From assembly GCA_043228905.1 (NCBI GenBank), contig JBHGNT010000006.1, positions 3,596,001 to 3,660,000 of the forward strand: a stretch of 64,000 nucleotides of DNA, written 5' to 3'. Below are positions 28,101-40,959 of the stretch, piece by piece. Positions within the stretch are counted from its first letter, which is position 1. Each line of letters begins with the position of its first letter. The translations under genes were made by a program, and so were the position numbers. The notes beneath the pieces are model-generated. The model was not told the origin of the DNA, searched no databases, and worked only from the letters and a program-made list of their open reading frames with translations. The stretch comes from Azolla caroliniana. Lineage: Eukaryota; Plantae; Polypodiophyta.

Positions 28101-31100
28101 CCATCATAAAATTGTTGACAGGACTTACCTTAAGAGCAGTTCACAGAAGAATTCTATCTCCATTTCAAGAGATATCGGTAGCTTCCCATCTTGAGCATTT
28201 CTCAAAGTGTAAGATTTCAATGGAATTTTGCCACTTATGCTTCCGGAAGAAAGTGCTTGTGTCTTAATGAGATGCATTGGTAACATAATCTTACCCAATA
28301 ATGTGTCACCATTATATGTTACCTGTATTCAGAAAATTAAAAAGTGTCTAATCCATTAATTATGTCATACATGTTCAAACAAAGTGACATACATGTTTCA
28401 ATATATGTACAATGACAGGTGAAGAAGAGAAACATAGACAAATATCTTGTATGGAATTGTATAACCCTGAAATAAAGGCAGCATACATATTGATTCTCAC
28501 AAGAATATAGACAGAACTTGATCAGACTTTATTTAACATAGTACAAGTATCATAAGAATCCTTATGCTGAAGCTTTCAACATCAGTGCAGTGAAACACAC
28601 TGGATTCCTTTTCATGACACTTCATCATATTATGACTCTGACATTCTGTTGATATCAAGCACTCCTTAAATACAATTAAAGATATCTTTCTCATATTTTT
28701 TTCTAGTGATATCTCTTCTGGCCTGTTACTAAAGAATCACATTGCTGTCATTACGATGTTAGTCTAATGCAAATCTGTTGAGATTTTGGGTCGAGTGAAG
28801 GTCAATGTTACCATCTCAAGAGGTTTGTATATGATATGCATTTTTTAGGAGGATATGTTAGCTTAGGACTATCAGTTCAAGTATAACCTTATGTTTGCAT
28901 CCTTCTGATGTTAATGATTAAGGTTCTGACCATGTATTGATAAATTTGCTTTTTTCTTCTAGTTTAGCATCCTTTCAGGTTCGTTGCCTTTTATTATACC
29001 ATCATTTTGCTGTCATCAATGGACTCACCAGCTTTTGTGTCTAAGATTTGTGAATCAGAGTGATACTGTGGAAACTTTGCATCTGATATGGTTTTTGAGA
29101 ATATGATATTATTCAGACTAACTGTTGCTTTAATGTTCATTTTCATATAATGCCAATAAAAGGATAATTGTCAAGGAATAAATAGAAGTCTCAGATGCAC
29201 TGCATACGTAACTACATTCTTGCACATCAAGGTCTATAACAGACCAAGAGATCACATAATCTTGGAAGAAAAACAGTGGGCTTGTGCTGAACTATGAACA
29301 CATTCCAGGGGTATTTGTTACCTACTAGTAGATTAACCGCCACAGCCAGGAAGGGGACCACTTGTCTGCTTGGTTAAGATGGGAGATCTTTGATACAATC
29401 AAAGGATGATTACAGGAACACTCAGTCCGGATACGAAAGTTAAAGGCTATCTTCAGCAGTTTTCTCCTCTTTTCACTGTTCTAGTACTCAGTGGCACCAG
29501 AATGTCTGTATTCTACCTCTTTTGAATGCTGTTGCAGCTTAGAGAGCAGCCAGCCCAGATTTTTTTATGTATTTTGTTTAGGCATCTCTAATCTTTTGTA
29601 TTCAATACTTAGTTTCTCAGATAGGTCATTTTCTATGATAATATTTGCTTGATTGGAGAAGTTGTTGAAGCTGCTGATAATACCTTTTTTTTTAGTAACA
29701 CTTTTACTACTAGTGGGAAACCTCAAAGTATAAAGAAAAATATACAAGTGTCGATTACACACTAAAGAGCTTAAAAGCACTCAAAGTAAATATTGTAAAT
29801 TTGCGGTGTGATGTCTCTAAGTTGCAGACAATCAAATAGAGATTGCCTGAGGGATTGCTTAAAGAAGCTAACTTCATGTAGTTGGTTTCGATCAAAGACC
29901 TTATTATTGCGGGCTGTCCAAATGGTCCAGAGTGCCCAAAATTGTGTCCATTGGAGAAAATAGGCATTGTTGGATAGGGCACACGTAATTTGTCCAAATA
30001 TCCAAAAGTATTTACCAAACCTTCGGACAATTTGTGATAAAGAGATGCACTTAGTCTTTGAACAAATGTTGTAGTGAATGAGCAAGTCCATAATAAGTGT
30101 GTGACCGTTTCCAATCGTCCACCACATCTTGCATAATGCAGCACACCCAATAGGCATCTCCATAGGAATACCCGTTGCTTAAGTGGAAGACCAGAGCTCC
30201 ATAAGCTTATAAGCCTGTTTTTCCACCAGGATGCGTTTAGTGTAGGTTCCATAATGCATTTGCATGTTCATGAAACCATGGGACAGGTTGCAACAACATA
30301 TACACTGAATGTGTTGTAATGTTATGCATTGGAATAACAATGTTCCCTATTTGTAACATCCAATCCTAAATCCTGCGATCTCCATCTAGAGGTGCCACAG
30401 GTACTAAGAAAAGTACCAACTCTGTGACTTGATTCCAAATAACGCGATGATGTGACCCAAGACTATAACGACATGTCATGTCATTGAAGTGCAATAAGTG
30501 ACCTTGGTCATTTACCACATCTGCAATTGATTTCAGCCCCTTCTTTGCTAAAAAATAAGCTTTCCTAGGATCTTGTTCAGCTAGTGACTGTGGGAATATA
30601 GCACTTCAGTGTAAGCTTTCGAGGCATAAAGAGTTCCCTGGTTCTGAATTCCTACATCTCCATTTTATGTGGTGCAATACTTCCTTCCAGTGCTTTAGAA
30701 GCTTTGAGCTAAACGGACAGCCTTTGATGTGCCCGTCAAGCTTTCCATGGTTTGTATCCCATGAGCCAAATGACTTGGTTTTCAAATGATCAAACATATC
30801 AGATAGCATTCTTGCCCAAGGCAATGTTTTTTCAGCAAATTTTGGCAATAAAGTAGCTTTTCTAGCCAACATATGCAAATGCAAATTAAGAATATTTAGC
30901 CCTCAACTCAATCGTGGAGTGCATATCTTCTCTAGTGATAGGAATTGTATACGTCTATGCGACTGCTTAGAGCACCAAAAGTTATAATCCCTACTTGTCT
31001 TTCTTGTTATACAATGCCTTAATTAAGTAATGCGCACCCAAATATATAAATAACTGTGGCATTTAGCAAATACGCTTAAAAAGTGTGGCATCTTTAAATA

Positions 31101-34094
31101 TTTCCCAAAAGTATTTACATTTCAGCAACCATTACGCAGACATTTGGCAAATACAAAACGATTGTAATATTTTGTTTTCCCCATTATATTCTATGTTGCC
31201 AAATCTTATCACAACATTGTCAAAACCCAAAAAAAAAGACTCTTGAGATATACAAAAGCATTGGAATTATTACCTTTTTCTTTCCACTCATGTTTCTCCA
31301 GAGAGAAACTAAATCCAATTCATTTGATTGGTTTGATATCCTTGAGTGCAATTTCTTTCTCCACATCTTTACATATAATTGATCCTGAGCACTGGCAAAG
31401 ACACGGCAAGGTCTTAAAAATGCAAAACCAAATATAATAAAAGAGATGCACAGAATTATTCATCATTATTAAATCACAATATTCATTGGAAACATAAACA
31501 AATGCGGGATGCAGGTACAGCAAGTACAGGATGCAAGTACAGCTTGTGAATGAATACGGCGTCAGTCATCATCAATGATGCCCATAGAGCACCTCAAGAA
31601 ATGTTGTGTGTCTGAGGCATCCCCATGATCCTAAAGATATTATCCCAAAGGGTTCACCACAGTACTCCTAGGGCTTCCATCTACCATCTTACTCCCCTAT
31701 CTTTGTCCGTCTATACTGCACTAGAGTCTCATGTGGTTGTATAGCTTAATAAGTTCACAAAAGTCTTAGATCTTTCAAAAATAAATAATCATTCTAAAAC
31801 TCAGTCTCCCCAATATTTTATGCTCATAAACAGTACATTTTTCAAATTACAACACTTATATTTATTAAGTATCTAAAAGGATGATCACTGGAACATGGTA
31901 CATCAGAGACTTTATAGCCTTGACAGTGGGTTCACGCCCAGTAGATGCTCCATTGTTAAAAGTAAGGTATACCCTGTACATCGTGCATGCACGTGGTAGT
32001 CTCAAAAACCATCAAATGGTCTTCTCTAGCATAAGAGAGAGCCCAAGCAAAGAATCTTTCCCAGAAGCAATATCCCAACAATTATATCATTCTTGGCTCA
32101 CATATTATCCTCAATCTTCATAGGAAATATCATACGCAGCTCTCAGCCATCTCTGATAGCAATTTCTCCATCTGAGAGGATGGAATGTAAGCTTTATGAC
32201 TCGGTCCCACGTCCATGCAAGAGGCAATATCTGAGAACTAATGTCTCAAATAGCCAAAGTTTTGCTTTCAGTTCCTAGAACTAGATGTAGATATGCCTAC
32301 ACTCAGAAATTTTCAAAGTGTATAACTTCCTCCATATGTCCATAACCATCCTTATCATATATTAGCAGCCTATGAAAAATGAGTTATAGGAATGCCTATA
32401 AGATCACACCATCACTACCTCAGACATTTATTTAAATTGCTGAGCAAACCAGTGCTCCAATTTGACCTTTATAGATGGTTGTCATTGAAGATCTGATTAA
32501 TGAAGAGTTTGCAAAATATTTAGATCGCCAAATTGTTACTACTATGAAGGATAAGAGAACCTAAATTAAATGACCAGAAAAGTTGTTTATTTTATTCTTG
32601 AAATAGATAGCTTCCCCAGAGTGCTTACAAAAAATGAAGTGGTATAAGGCACAATTACACATGAAGACAGTATTACTGCTAGAATGTTTTTCCCTCTTCG
32701 ATCATGGGGCATTTTATGGTTTTAAAATGTTAAGGCAATCAATAATGCACAAAGAATAGTAGTCTATACACCAACAAAAAGAAGGTGTACTCCAAATAAA
32801 AGCAATCAATCTTCCTTACTGGATGGCTCCAGTTCTCAGGCATACCTAGTCACATAGATCCATGGAGTTTTATCCTTCCACTCTGCATGCCCAGTATGAT
32901 AAACAGCTTCCTTAGTTATATGATCAGGACTGATGTTGTCAACATCAGTCAGATTTTCATTACCAGATACAATCTCCACTGTACAATATGCTTGTGGTGG
33001 TTCGGACCACCCATAGCATGATTTTGTCTTGATGCAGTAAGTGTTGTAATTTGAGTTCTTCGCAGATACAATGCATAATTGCACATGTGCTGTGAAGGAA
33101 GGATGTGTTTGCAAGGGACTGTTGATGCTGGAAAGTTGTTCCAGCTCTTGTGATTTAACTTCCTCGTAGACAGAAAAGCTGTCAAACTGCTGTGGATTTA
33201 TCAACTGACCGTTGTCCTTTTGCAATGCACTGACCTGAGCCTGAACTTCTGCCAAAAGACAGAGAAGTACAGGGGGACACCACATGAAAATGAGCTTTTG
33301 ATGCAGAAAATATCAAATATTTAAAAAGAGAGAAAATCTGAAAGGCATCTGGAATATCTTACAAGTGCAGAAAGATGCAGAAACTTCTTATAAGGGTAAA
33401 ATGATATACAAACTTCTTATTAAAGGCTAAGATGATATGGAAACTTACGAGCACGTCTATACCATGTTGACTTTATTGCTCGAGCTCTGGCCTCCTGAAA
33501 TGCAGATGCTGACAAGCAAAAGGCCCTTTTCACATTCTCAGAAAGACTTTGCTTTTCATGGACACTGAATTCCACTGATTTGCCTTGAGCATACACACAA
33601 CGCAGCACGGCTTCACAGAGGAGTGGGTTAGAATCATGAGCAACCATTTCTTCCTTTGACTGTTCATCCTCTGGCGGTGCTCCGCGACTCAAAAAGGGCC
33701 TCAGAAGCTCAATGATCTTGGTGTCAAAGTCATCTTCTGCAGAGAAACAGATCTCTTTCATGACGTCATGTGTAGAAGAAGCATCATAAACAAGGATTTT
33801 GCAGCTGCATGAATTGGCTTGGCCTTGCATATTAGTAGGGAAGCAGATCTCACCATCAGCTGCATCTTGAGAATGAGAATCTAGAATGGAGATCAAGGGG
33901 ACCTGATGATGATCATTTGGCTTTCGTGTTCCTTGTAGATATGGCTTGTTATTGTCAGATGTAAGGTGCTTGAGGTCCGAAGGAATTTTCATTTCTGATA
34001 GGCATCCATGATAAATTACTTCATGAGAAGCCGAGCCATTGTTATGGTGAGTTACCTCATCTGAAGCCAAACCATTAATGTGTTCATGGATCAT
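22150..34094 (-). CDS. Multi-exon C2 + MUN-domain (MHD1/MHD2) Unc13/Munc13-4/BAIAP3-like protein
   Basis: GT-AG exons found by hand: 34094-33449, 33248-32846, [unresolved], 28322-28129, 27535-27435, 27270-27037, 26952-26789, 26713-26522, 24648-24589, 24505-24369, 24273-24191, 24089-23833, 23483-23359, 23243-23137, 23055-22897, 22802-22383, and possibly 22304-22207 plus a short last exon. Motifs: WVISSLNDEKWEPTS...FFSCSVVDLY (MHD1), LCVKLNNL, YLDDHLKVLN...FKSLL, LNLLYDYFHGDGIGIS...LDTHELC (MHD2), and C2-like VQLCIVSAK...AYCTVEI and DTLLGKIMLPM. Start, 3' end and the 32846-28322 link are uncertain. Confidence 0.8.
29685..30980 (-). mobile_element. Intronic L1-type LINE fragment, same family as 10095-11607
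   Basis: Poly(T) then AGTAACACTTTTACTACTAGTGG, collinear with the 10.1-11.5 kb copy; VFLWRCLLGVL and LETVTHLLWTC; weak TSD TGATAATACC/TTATAATCCC. Confidence 0.9.
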
Positions 34095-34917
34095 TTTGTT
34101 TTGATGTTTTTGCTTTTGTTTAGCAACAAAGGATCATTTGATTTCTTTAATTGTCTCTTCTCAGAAGTCCATATCCCAGACGATTTATAAGAACACGAAT
34201 ACATCAGTTTGAGGTTAAGTTTTCAAAGTATCAATCAAATTCCCGTTTTTCACTTCGCTGGTTTTTCTTCCTCTTATTCTTCTTCCATTTACTTCTAAAC
34301 AAAAAAGTTTACTTGGACCAATCAGAAAAAAGAAGTGCTGCAAATTGAAACTTGATCAGTTAGAAAGTGCAGATTCAATCTTGCAAATTAATCAGAAGAA
34401 GAAGAAGATCAACCATATCTTCATTCATTGTTAAAGTTGATAAAAACGGGAAGAATAGAATTTAAATAAGAAGACAAAAAAGTTGATGGAAATGGTGAAG
34501 CACAACGATTATCAATTAGGAAGTAGCTTCATTCATTCAGTCATGGTTCAGAAAACTGTGGAAAAAGCTAAAAGACTACGGTGTGGTCGATCAGAGACTA
34601 CCATTTCAACCTCCGAATCACACACCATTTCATTTTTCAGTCAGTAAATCCATCAGCCATTCATTTCATTTGTTAATTTTCAACAACATAGAGCGACGAA
34701 GGGGTTCAGAAGATAGAAGACTTGATACAGATGATAATTTAGGTCAAGAAATGCACTGCACCTGGGACATTGAAGCAGAGAGCTCCTTCTGAGGGAGCAA
34801 ACGTCGGAGGGGACCCGATTCCAACCAGCAGACAGAAAGGAAAACCCTAACAATCTTCGCCAACGACGACTGTGATGCAGCAGCTTGTGAGGTAAACAGA
34901 ATCGTGGCAGGACGGGA

Positions 34918-35580
34918 ACGTTTAAACCTCTCGAGATGCTACTACAAGGAGGAGGAGGAGGAGGAGGAGGAGGAAAAGGCGACCAAGAAAACGCAAAAAG
35001 CAAAACGCAAAAACAATAAACAAAATGCGAAATGCGAAATGCGAGAGGCAGTACGCAAAAACCGAAAAGACAAAAAGCAAAAGCCGGTCGTGGGAGTGAA
35101 GAATAAACGGCCATGTGATCCACCAGAGATCTTTTGGTACGTTTAAACCTCGAGAAGGAAAAAGCGAAAGCAAAAGGCAAAAAATGAAAAGCGACAGGCA
35201 GTAAGCAAAAACCGGAAAGACAAAAAGCAAAAGTCGGTCGTGAGGAGTGAAGAATAAACGGCCATGTGATCCACCGAAGATCTTTTGGTACGTTTAAACC
35301 TCGAGAAGAAAAAAGCAAAAGCGAGAGGCAGTACACAAAAACCGAAAAGACAAAAAAGCAAAAGCCGGTCACGGGAGTGAAGGATAAACGGTCGTGTGAT
35401 TCACCGGAGATCTTTATAATCTATTGGTACGTTTAAACCTCGAGAAGAAAAAAGCGAAAGCAAAAAAGCAAAAAATGAAAAGTGAGAGGCAGTAAGCCAA
35501 AAAGCAAAAGCTGGTCACGGGAGTGAGGAAAAACAATGGTCATGTGGTGCACTCGAAGAAGTTTATGATCTATTGGTGCG
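34918..35580. repeat. Degenerate ~140-220 bp tandem array (4 units) upstream of the Munc13-like gene
   Basis: CGTTTAAACCTC...AAAAACCGAAAAGACAAAAAGCAAAAG.CGGTC..GGAGTGAAGAATAAACGGCCATGTGATC units start near 34919, 35140, 35291 and 35430. Confidence 0.9.
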
Positions 35581-38000
35581 ACCTCTTCCATGGACATTAT
35601 GTCACATCTGTCTGTCCCCAACAATTGCATTCGAAAACCACTTGCACCGCTTGCAAACTTAATGATCAATTGTTGTGCACATACAAGCTTTGCTCACAAA
35701 CCCGTGGCACCTCCCTTTAAAACAATGTGCTCTTCAAACCACGAGTTCACTCGCCACAAATTTTTCATGAAAGTAATGTCTCTACTCTCAACTCCTATTC
35801 GAGATCCCCGATGCCAAACAAACAAATCAGTCACCACCGTGTCGGCTTTCACCATCTCGTGTTTCGAAACGTGGTCAAAACTTCATGTCAATCAATTAGT
35901 GTATCATTGTTTTTGGGCTTTCCCATCATGTTGAAAAGGAAACGCATTGAACCGTGCATCACCAAATATAGATGAGTCATCGGTTTGTCAAAAACTCAAC
36001 TTAGAGCCTCTGCTTTCAACATATGTTCACATTAAGCGAAAAGAAGCAAGTTTTATTCTTCTTTTTTACCTCCTCTGTGTACCCTCCAAGTTTTCTTTTG
36101 ATTGATTGTGATGCATGTAGAAGAACATGAAATTTGTTATGTCAAAAGTTTTGGGACAACATTGTAGTTACATTAAACATAACACCACTATATTGATTCT
36201 ATATTCCCAATTCTCCAATATATCGTCATCTCCCCTCCATGCCCTTTATCATTCCTATATTTCAACAATGAGTTTAGAAATTGACCACCGTGTTTTTTCA
36301 CATTATCACCCCCTCCATTCCATTACAATTGGTTGTTTCCTCTTTCCAAGTAGTTGTTGACTTGCCTCATCTCAACACTTGATTAGGACCTTGCATGTTT
36401 GTTATTCGTTTGAGTCTAATTAATAGTTCAACTTCTGCGATAAGACAAAAGTGGAAACATATTGTGTGCACCTGAAATTTCCCAAACAAGAAAATTTGAA
36501 ACTGATGGTTTTGAGCTTCTTGGTACTATTTCAAATGACTAACAAATGAAAATCATTGAAAGAAAAGTAAAATCAAATTTCTAAGCAACCACTTCAATTT
36601 GTTTCATAGTTAGAAACAATGCAAAATATCATGTTGGCAACTTTGGAACCTTCCTGTTCTTGATAGTCAAGAGTCAAGACTCTTCAAACTCTCAAGAATA
36701 TCAAGATCCATGTGGTTACATTCCTTGAAGCAATAAATTCTATGTTTCTCATACACATACTTTCACATTAATCATGTTGAGTTTGTTGGATATTGTGACG
36801 TACAATATCCATCTCGATGCACTATAACTAACTCCCGAACATTGTGAATTTTATTTATCCAACTATATGATGATTATTGGCCATGGTTGAAAAGCAAACC
36901 TCAAATTAGTGAAACCACATTGATACATATTTTGCACTAGCGTACAGTAAGTTTATAATAGACAAATAATCCTCCCAAATTGCTTATTTGTGATTAACAT
37001 TTGCATCACGAGATGCCTTATAATGCACAATTAATACATTCGAATTGCCCATATGATCAACTTTACTATACAGAATAAGGACTCCTTAACCAAACATTAT
37101 GGGTTAAGTTTTGATCATGAACAAATATAAATAAACAATATAAAATGTAATTGATTTCTAGAAAATGATTCAACTACCAAAGCATTGGGGTAGCATGGTA
37201 TTGTTAAGGTAACTATCAAGTGACGAACCAAATTATCAAAGTTGAAGCCGAAAATAAAATTGTGAGAAAATCAATTCTTATTATATATGTATAAGAGTGA
37301 TTACAAATGTGTTAACGGTCAATTGTCATTGAACCATAATGGTTTGACAACATTGTAACCTTCCTAAATATAGTAGTACCCTTGTTTTATGCATGTATGA
37401 TGTTGGCCACTTACCCTTAAATTTTAATACATGCATCCCACTTGGCGCACACACATGTTTGTTATTTTACTATCGTGTGAGATTCTACAATAATTAGCAT
37501 ATGAAATCGTACAATGCCACAAGTTTATACAACCACGTGTGACCAAACATCACATTAACACAATCCATAAGCGGACCTTGGAGATTTATTATAATGGCAC
37601 GAACATAACAACTTACATGTAATGATGTAAAACACATAACAATTTGAAATTTAAATTCAAATGAATAACTTTGGAATTCTACAATATTTTTTGGGGATTG
37701 AAATTGTGCACACTAGAACAAGTTTTATGATGATTCAAAGATCATGCGCCATAAATGGGATCACAAAATATGGAATACTTGATGTGAGTTTTTTTATTAT
37801 GAATTAGGAATAGGATTGATGATATTGTTTCCGACTATCTTGAGTATGTGATCAAGAATCTTGTCTAAAGAGATATAATTTTTAGAATAAAAATAGTCAT
37901 GATATTTTCTAAGTAAGGATTAAGAATTTCCCTAACGTTTTCAACACCATTGGTGCCAATATGAAACTTGTTTCAAATTATGGACATGAGTTAAAGTATG

Positions 38001-39233
38001 TGTTAATAATTAGGTAATTAATTGGGGTTAATTAGTGATAACTATGTGAGTAGTTAAGCAACGGAAGGTTATGTGATATGTGTGTGTGAGGAAGAGAGAG
38101 AGAAAGATACAGTTATGAACATTAATATAAATGGGGGATGATTAACAATAGTGTATTAAAAAGCATCATCAAATGCAAAAATACCCACAATGAGGTATAT
38201 ATATATATGTACATCTCATGTGCAAATGTTCACATGTGTGAGTAGAATATAGGTACAAAGGTGTAAGTCCTATATTAAATGAACATGGGAGTGGAGGATG
38301 TGCAATGTATCCCACTCAAGTACAAAATCCTATTTAAGGTTTTAAGGGTCAACACACTAACTAGATTCTATGTAGGTAACTACTAGTTACGTGTGTTGAC
38401 TAACTAACTAAATCTAGTTCAACTTGATATTGTGAAATTCACATAAGAGATCAAAACTATCCTAGTTAGTTTCTTACTTCTTACTCAATTTATAGTTTAT
38501 ACAAAGGTACCCATTTGGATTGGCTTAGCTAAAAAGGGTGTGCTAAAAGGGTGGCACCTGTTGGACACCTAGTTGAGTTGTAACAATGTTGAGGACATTC
38601 CCGTGGAACTGGCGGCCCTGATAAGAGGATTGTTGGATGGGGCTAGTGACGGAAAACGAGCTAGCAATTGGCGGATTGAGATCAATCCCTCCCGTGGACT
38701 GATGGCCACCTAGACTTGGTTGAGGTGGGGGACAAGAGGGCTATAGGAGGATAGAGATCCATCGTTCTTGTGGAATGAGCTAAGGTGGGGGACATGAGGG
38801 CTATCGGGTCAGAGGGGGATCAGGGAAAGATCAATTAGCGGATAGAGATCAATCCCTCCTGCGGATTGAGGGCCATCTAGACTTGGCTGAGGTGGGGGAC
38901 AAGAGGGCTATTGTGTAGGACGGGGATCGGGGAAACTCGTGGGAAAAGAAGCTAGTGGGCAACCTAGGTGAAGGGGAAGAGGTGGAAGCTTGGATGTGGG
39001 GGACTGGTACCCCGCATCTCCATCAATATGTGAAATTCACGTAAAAGATCAAAACCAACTTAGTTAGCTTCTTACTTCTTGCTCAGTTTATAGTTTATAC
39101 AAAGGTACCCATTTGGGTTGGCTTAGCTAAAAAGGGTGTGCTAAAAGGGTGGTTGGCTTAGGTACATGCATCCTAAAAAGGTGTGCTAAAAGGGTGCCAC
39201 AAAGGAACACATGCACACCACAATATCTCAACA
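38001..39233 (-). mobile_element. Solo LTR with 5-bp TSD GTATG, interrupted by a nested element
   Basis: TGTTAA...CTCAACA; GTATG at 37996-38000 and 39234-39238; reverse complement of the 5524-5980 LTR family. Confidence 0.85.
38431..39222 (-). mobile_element. TRIM-like non-coding LTR element with tRNA-Ala-type PBS
   Basis: Direct repeats TGTGAAATTCAC...AAAAGGGTGTGCTAAAAGGGTGG at 38431 and ~39029. The minus strand next to one LTR reads TGATGGAGATGCGGGGTA, one mismatch from the complement of the plant tRNA-Ala 3' end. Flanked by ATAT/ATAT. Confidence 0.75.
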
Positions 39234-40667
39234 GTATGCTACTATGTATCATGGAAGATTGTCAAAATTTTATTTGTGTTATCTTGAGAAAACTCAATTT
39301 ATTGTCCATTAGCATCATGGGCCTTTGCATTTTCACATGATGGAAATCTTGGCAATGTTAATATAGTTGTAACTTGTAAAACCAATCACATTGCTCTAGA
39401 TTAGTTAAGTAAATTTGATTGCTAATTGTGCAAGCGTGAAGGTGACAAAGGAACAAACAATAGGGATGTCAATTCATTCTCTTGACTCTCATAGATAATA
39501 CCAAAGTAAACTCCTTTCTCTAAATAGGCAAACCAACAACATGTTAAGTATGTCCAGGTTGGAAACTAATGGAAAATATAGGGTACACATGTAAGCAAGT
39601 GAGTTCATTCAATGTCCAAGATAAGGAAACGGGGATACACAATTGACAACATGTGACTCGATGATATTAAACAATAGATGTGAAATGAAAAATGAGTTAA
39701 TATAAAGTCAAAAGGGTCACTTTAGAGCCTCGTGTCAATCATATGAAGGCAAGAAAGAAAGACTACAAAAATGCAACCAACAACAAGAGCAACAATGTGA
39801 TAAGAGAAATGTTGAAGACGTTTTGGATTAACAAGAACTTCAAACACACCAACAAGGATATTAGGAACGAGTCACAAATGATGTTAAGATTTCAACCCCA
39901 ATTTTATACTATGAAAATACTCATCATGTTGTGGTAAATATTGTCTTGATCAAGAAGAGAGGTTGTAAGAACATTGGAGGCATCCCTTTGGCATTGTGAT
40001 AGGATACTTTTTGTGTGATCAAAAGGCGAAATGGGAGAGCGAAGATGAATGCAATCTTGTTTCCATCATTGTGAGCGTGACAACCAAACAATATGCATCA
40101 ACCAATCCCCACCTTCGGTCAACAGTCTATCATTCTCAGTTCCACCTATGGGCAAAAAATATTGATGATCCTAAGCGGCCTAGCTATATAATTATGTGTA
40201 AAACTAGACACACTACACAAGGAGGATGGATTGATTCAAGAACGTATACACTACACCACACTTACGGAGGTGGGATATGGTGGCAAAAAATAAGACGTTA
40301 CAAAGTTGAACCATAACAATCAAAGAGTACATCATGGATCCTCCCAGTTAGAAATGCAATTTGCACCGAAGCACAACCTTAGAGGAGTTTTGTGATCATT
40401 AAGGAGTACGCACGTGAAAAAGGCAATGCCTTGTACTCTAAATACTTACTATAAAAATGAGTAACAGACATAACATGCTCATGTGTAACATACCCATGTG
40501 AAAAAGGCAATGACTTGTACTCTAAATAAAATACTTACTATAAAAATGAGAAAGTTAATTGGGACCCCTCAAAATTTTTATCAGACACAAGAAAAAAAGG
40601 TAAAAAAAACTATTGTTTCAGTATACAAAAAAAATTGGCCGAAATATCATTCAACATCAGGGTTTTC

Positions 40668-40942
40668 ACAAAGTTGCACTTGGTAGTAAATGGAGGGAGG
40701 AGAGCTTAGATGACACTTGCATGTAGGCTTATTGGAGAAAGTTGTGGGTAGCTGACTTGCCTAAAAAATGCAAATCCCTTCTCTGGCTTAGCAGCCATAA
40801 AGTCCTAACAAAGTTGCACTTGGTAGTAAATGGAGGGAGGAGGGCTTAGATGACACTTGCATGTAGGCTTATTGAAGAAAGTTGTGGGTAGCTGACTTGC
40901 CTAAAAAATGCAAATCCCTTCTCTGGCTTGGCAGCCATAAAG
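40668..40942. repeat. Tandem duplication, 2 x 140 bp
   Basis: ACAAAGTTGCACTTGGTAGTAAATGG... at 40668 and 40808, nearly identical. Confidence 0.95.
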
Positions 40943-40959
40943 CCCTCATGGTTGGAAAT

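Noticed and set aside
28480-32600. Extra exons or a nested gene inside the large intron
   Set aside because: Several AG/GT-bounded blocks exist but contain stops or phase conflicts; cannot choose among them without transcripts.
34680-35669. 230-aa hydrophobic ORF and overlapping ORFs
   Set aside because: Artefacts of a strand-biased tandem repeat open in several frames; no recognisable domain.
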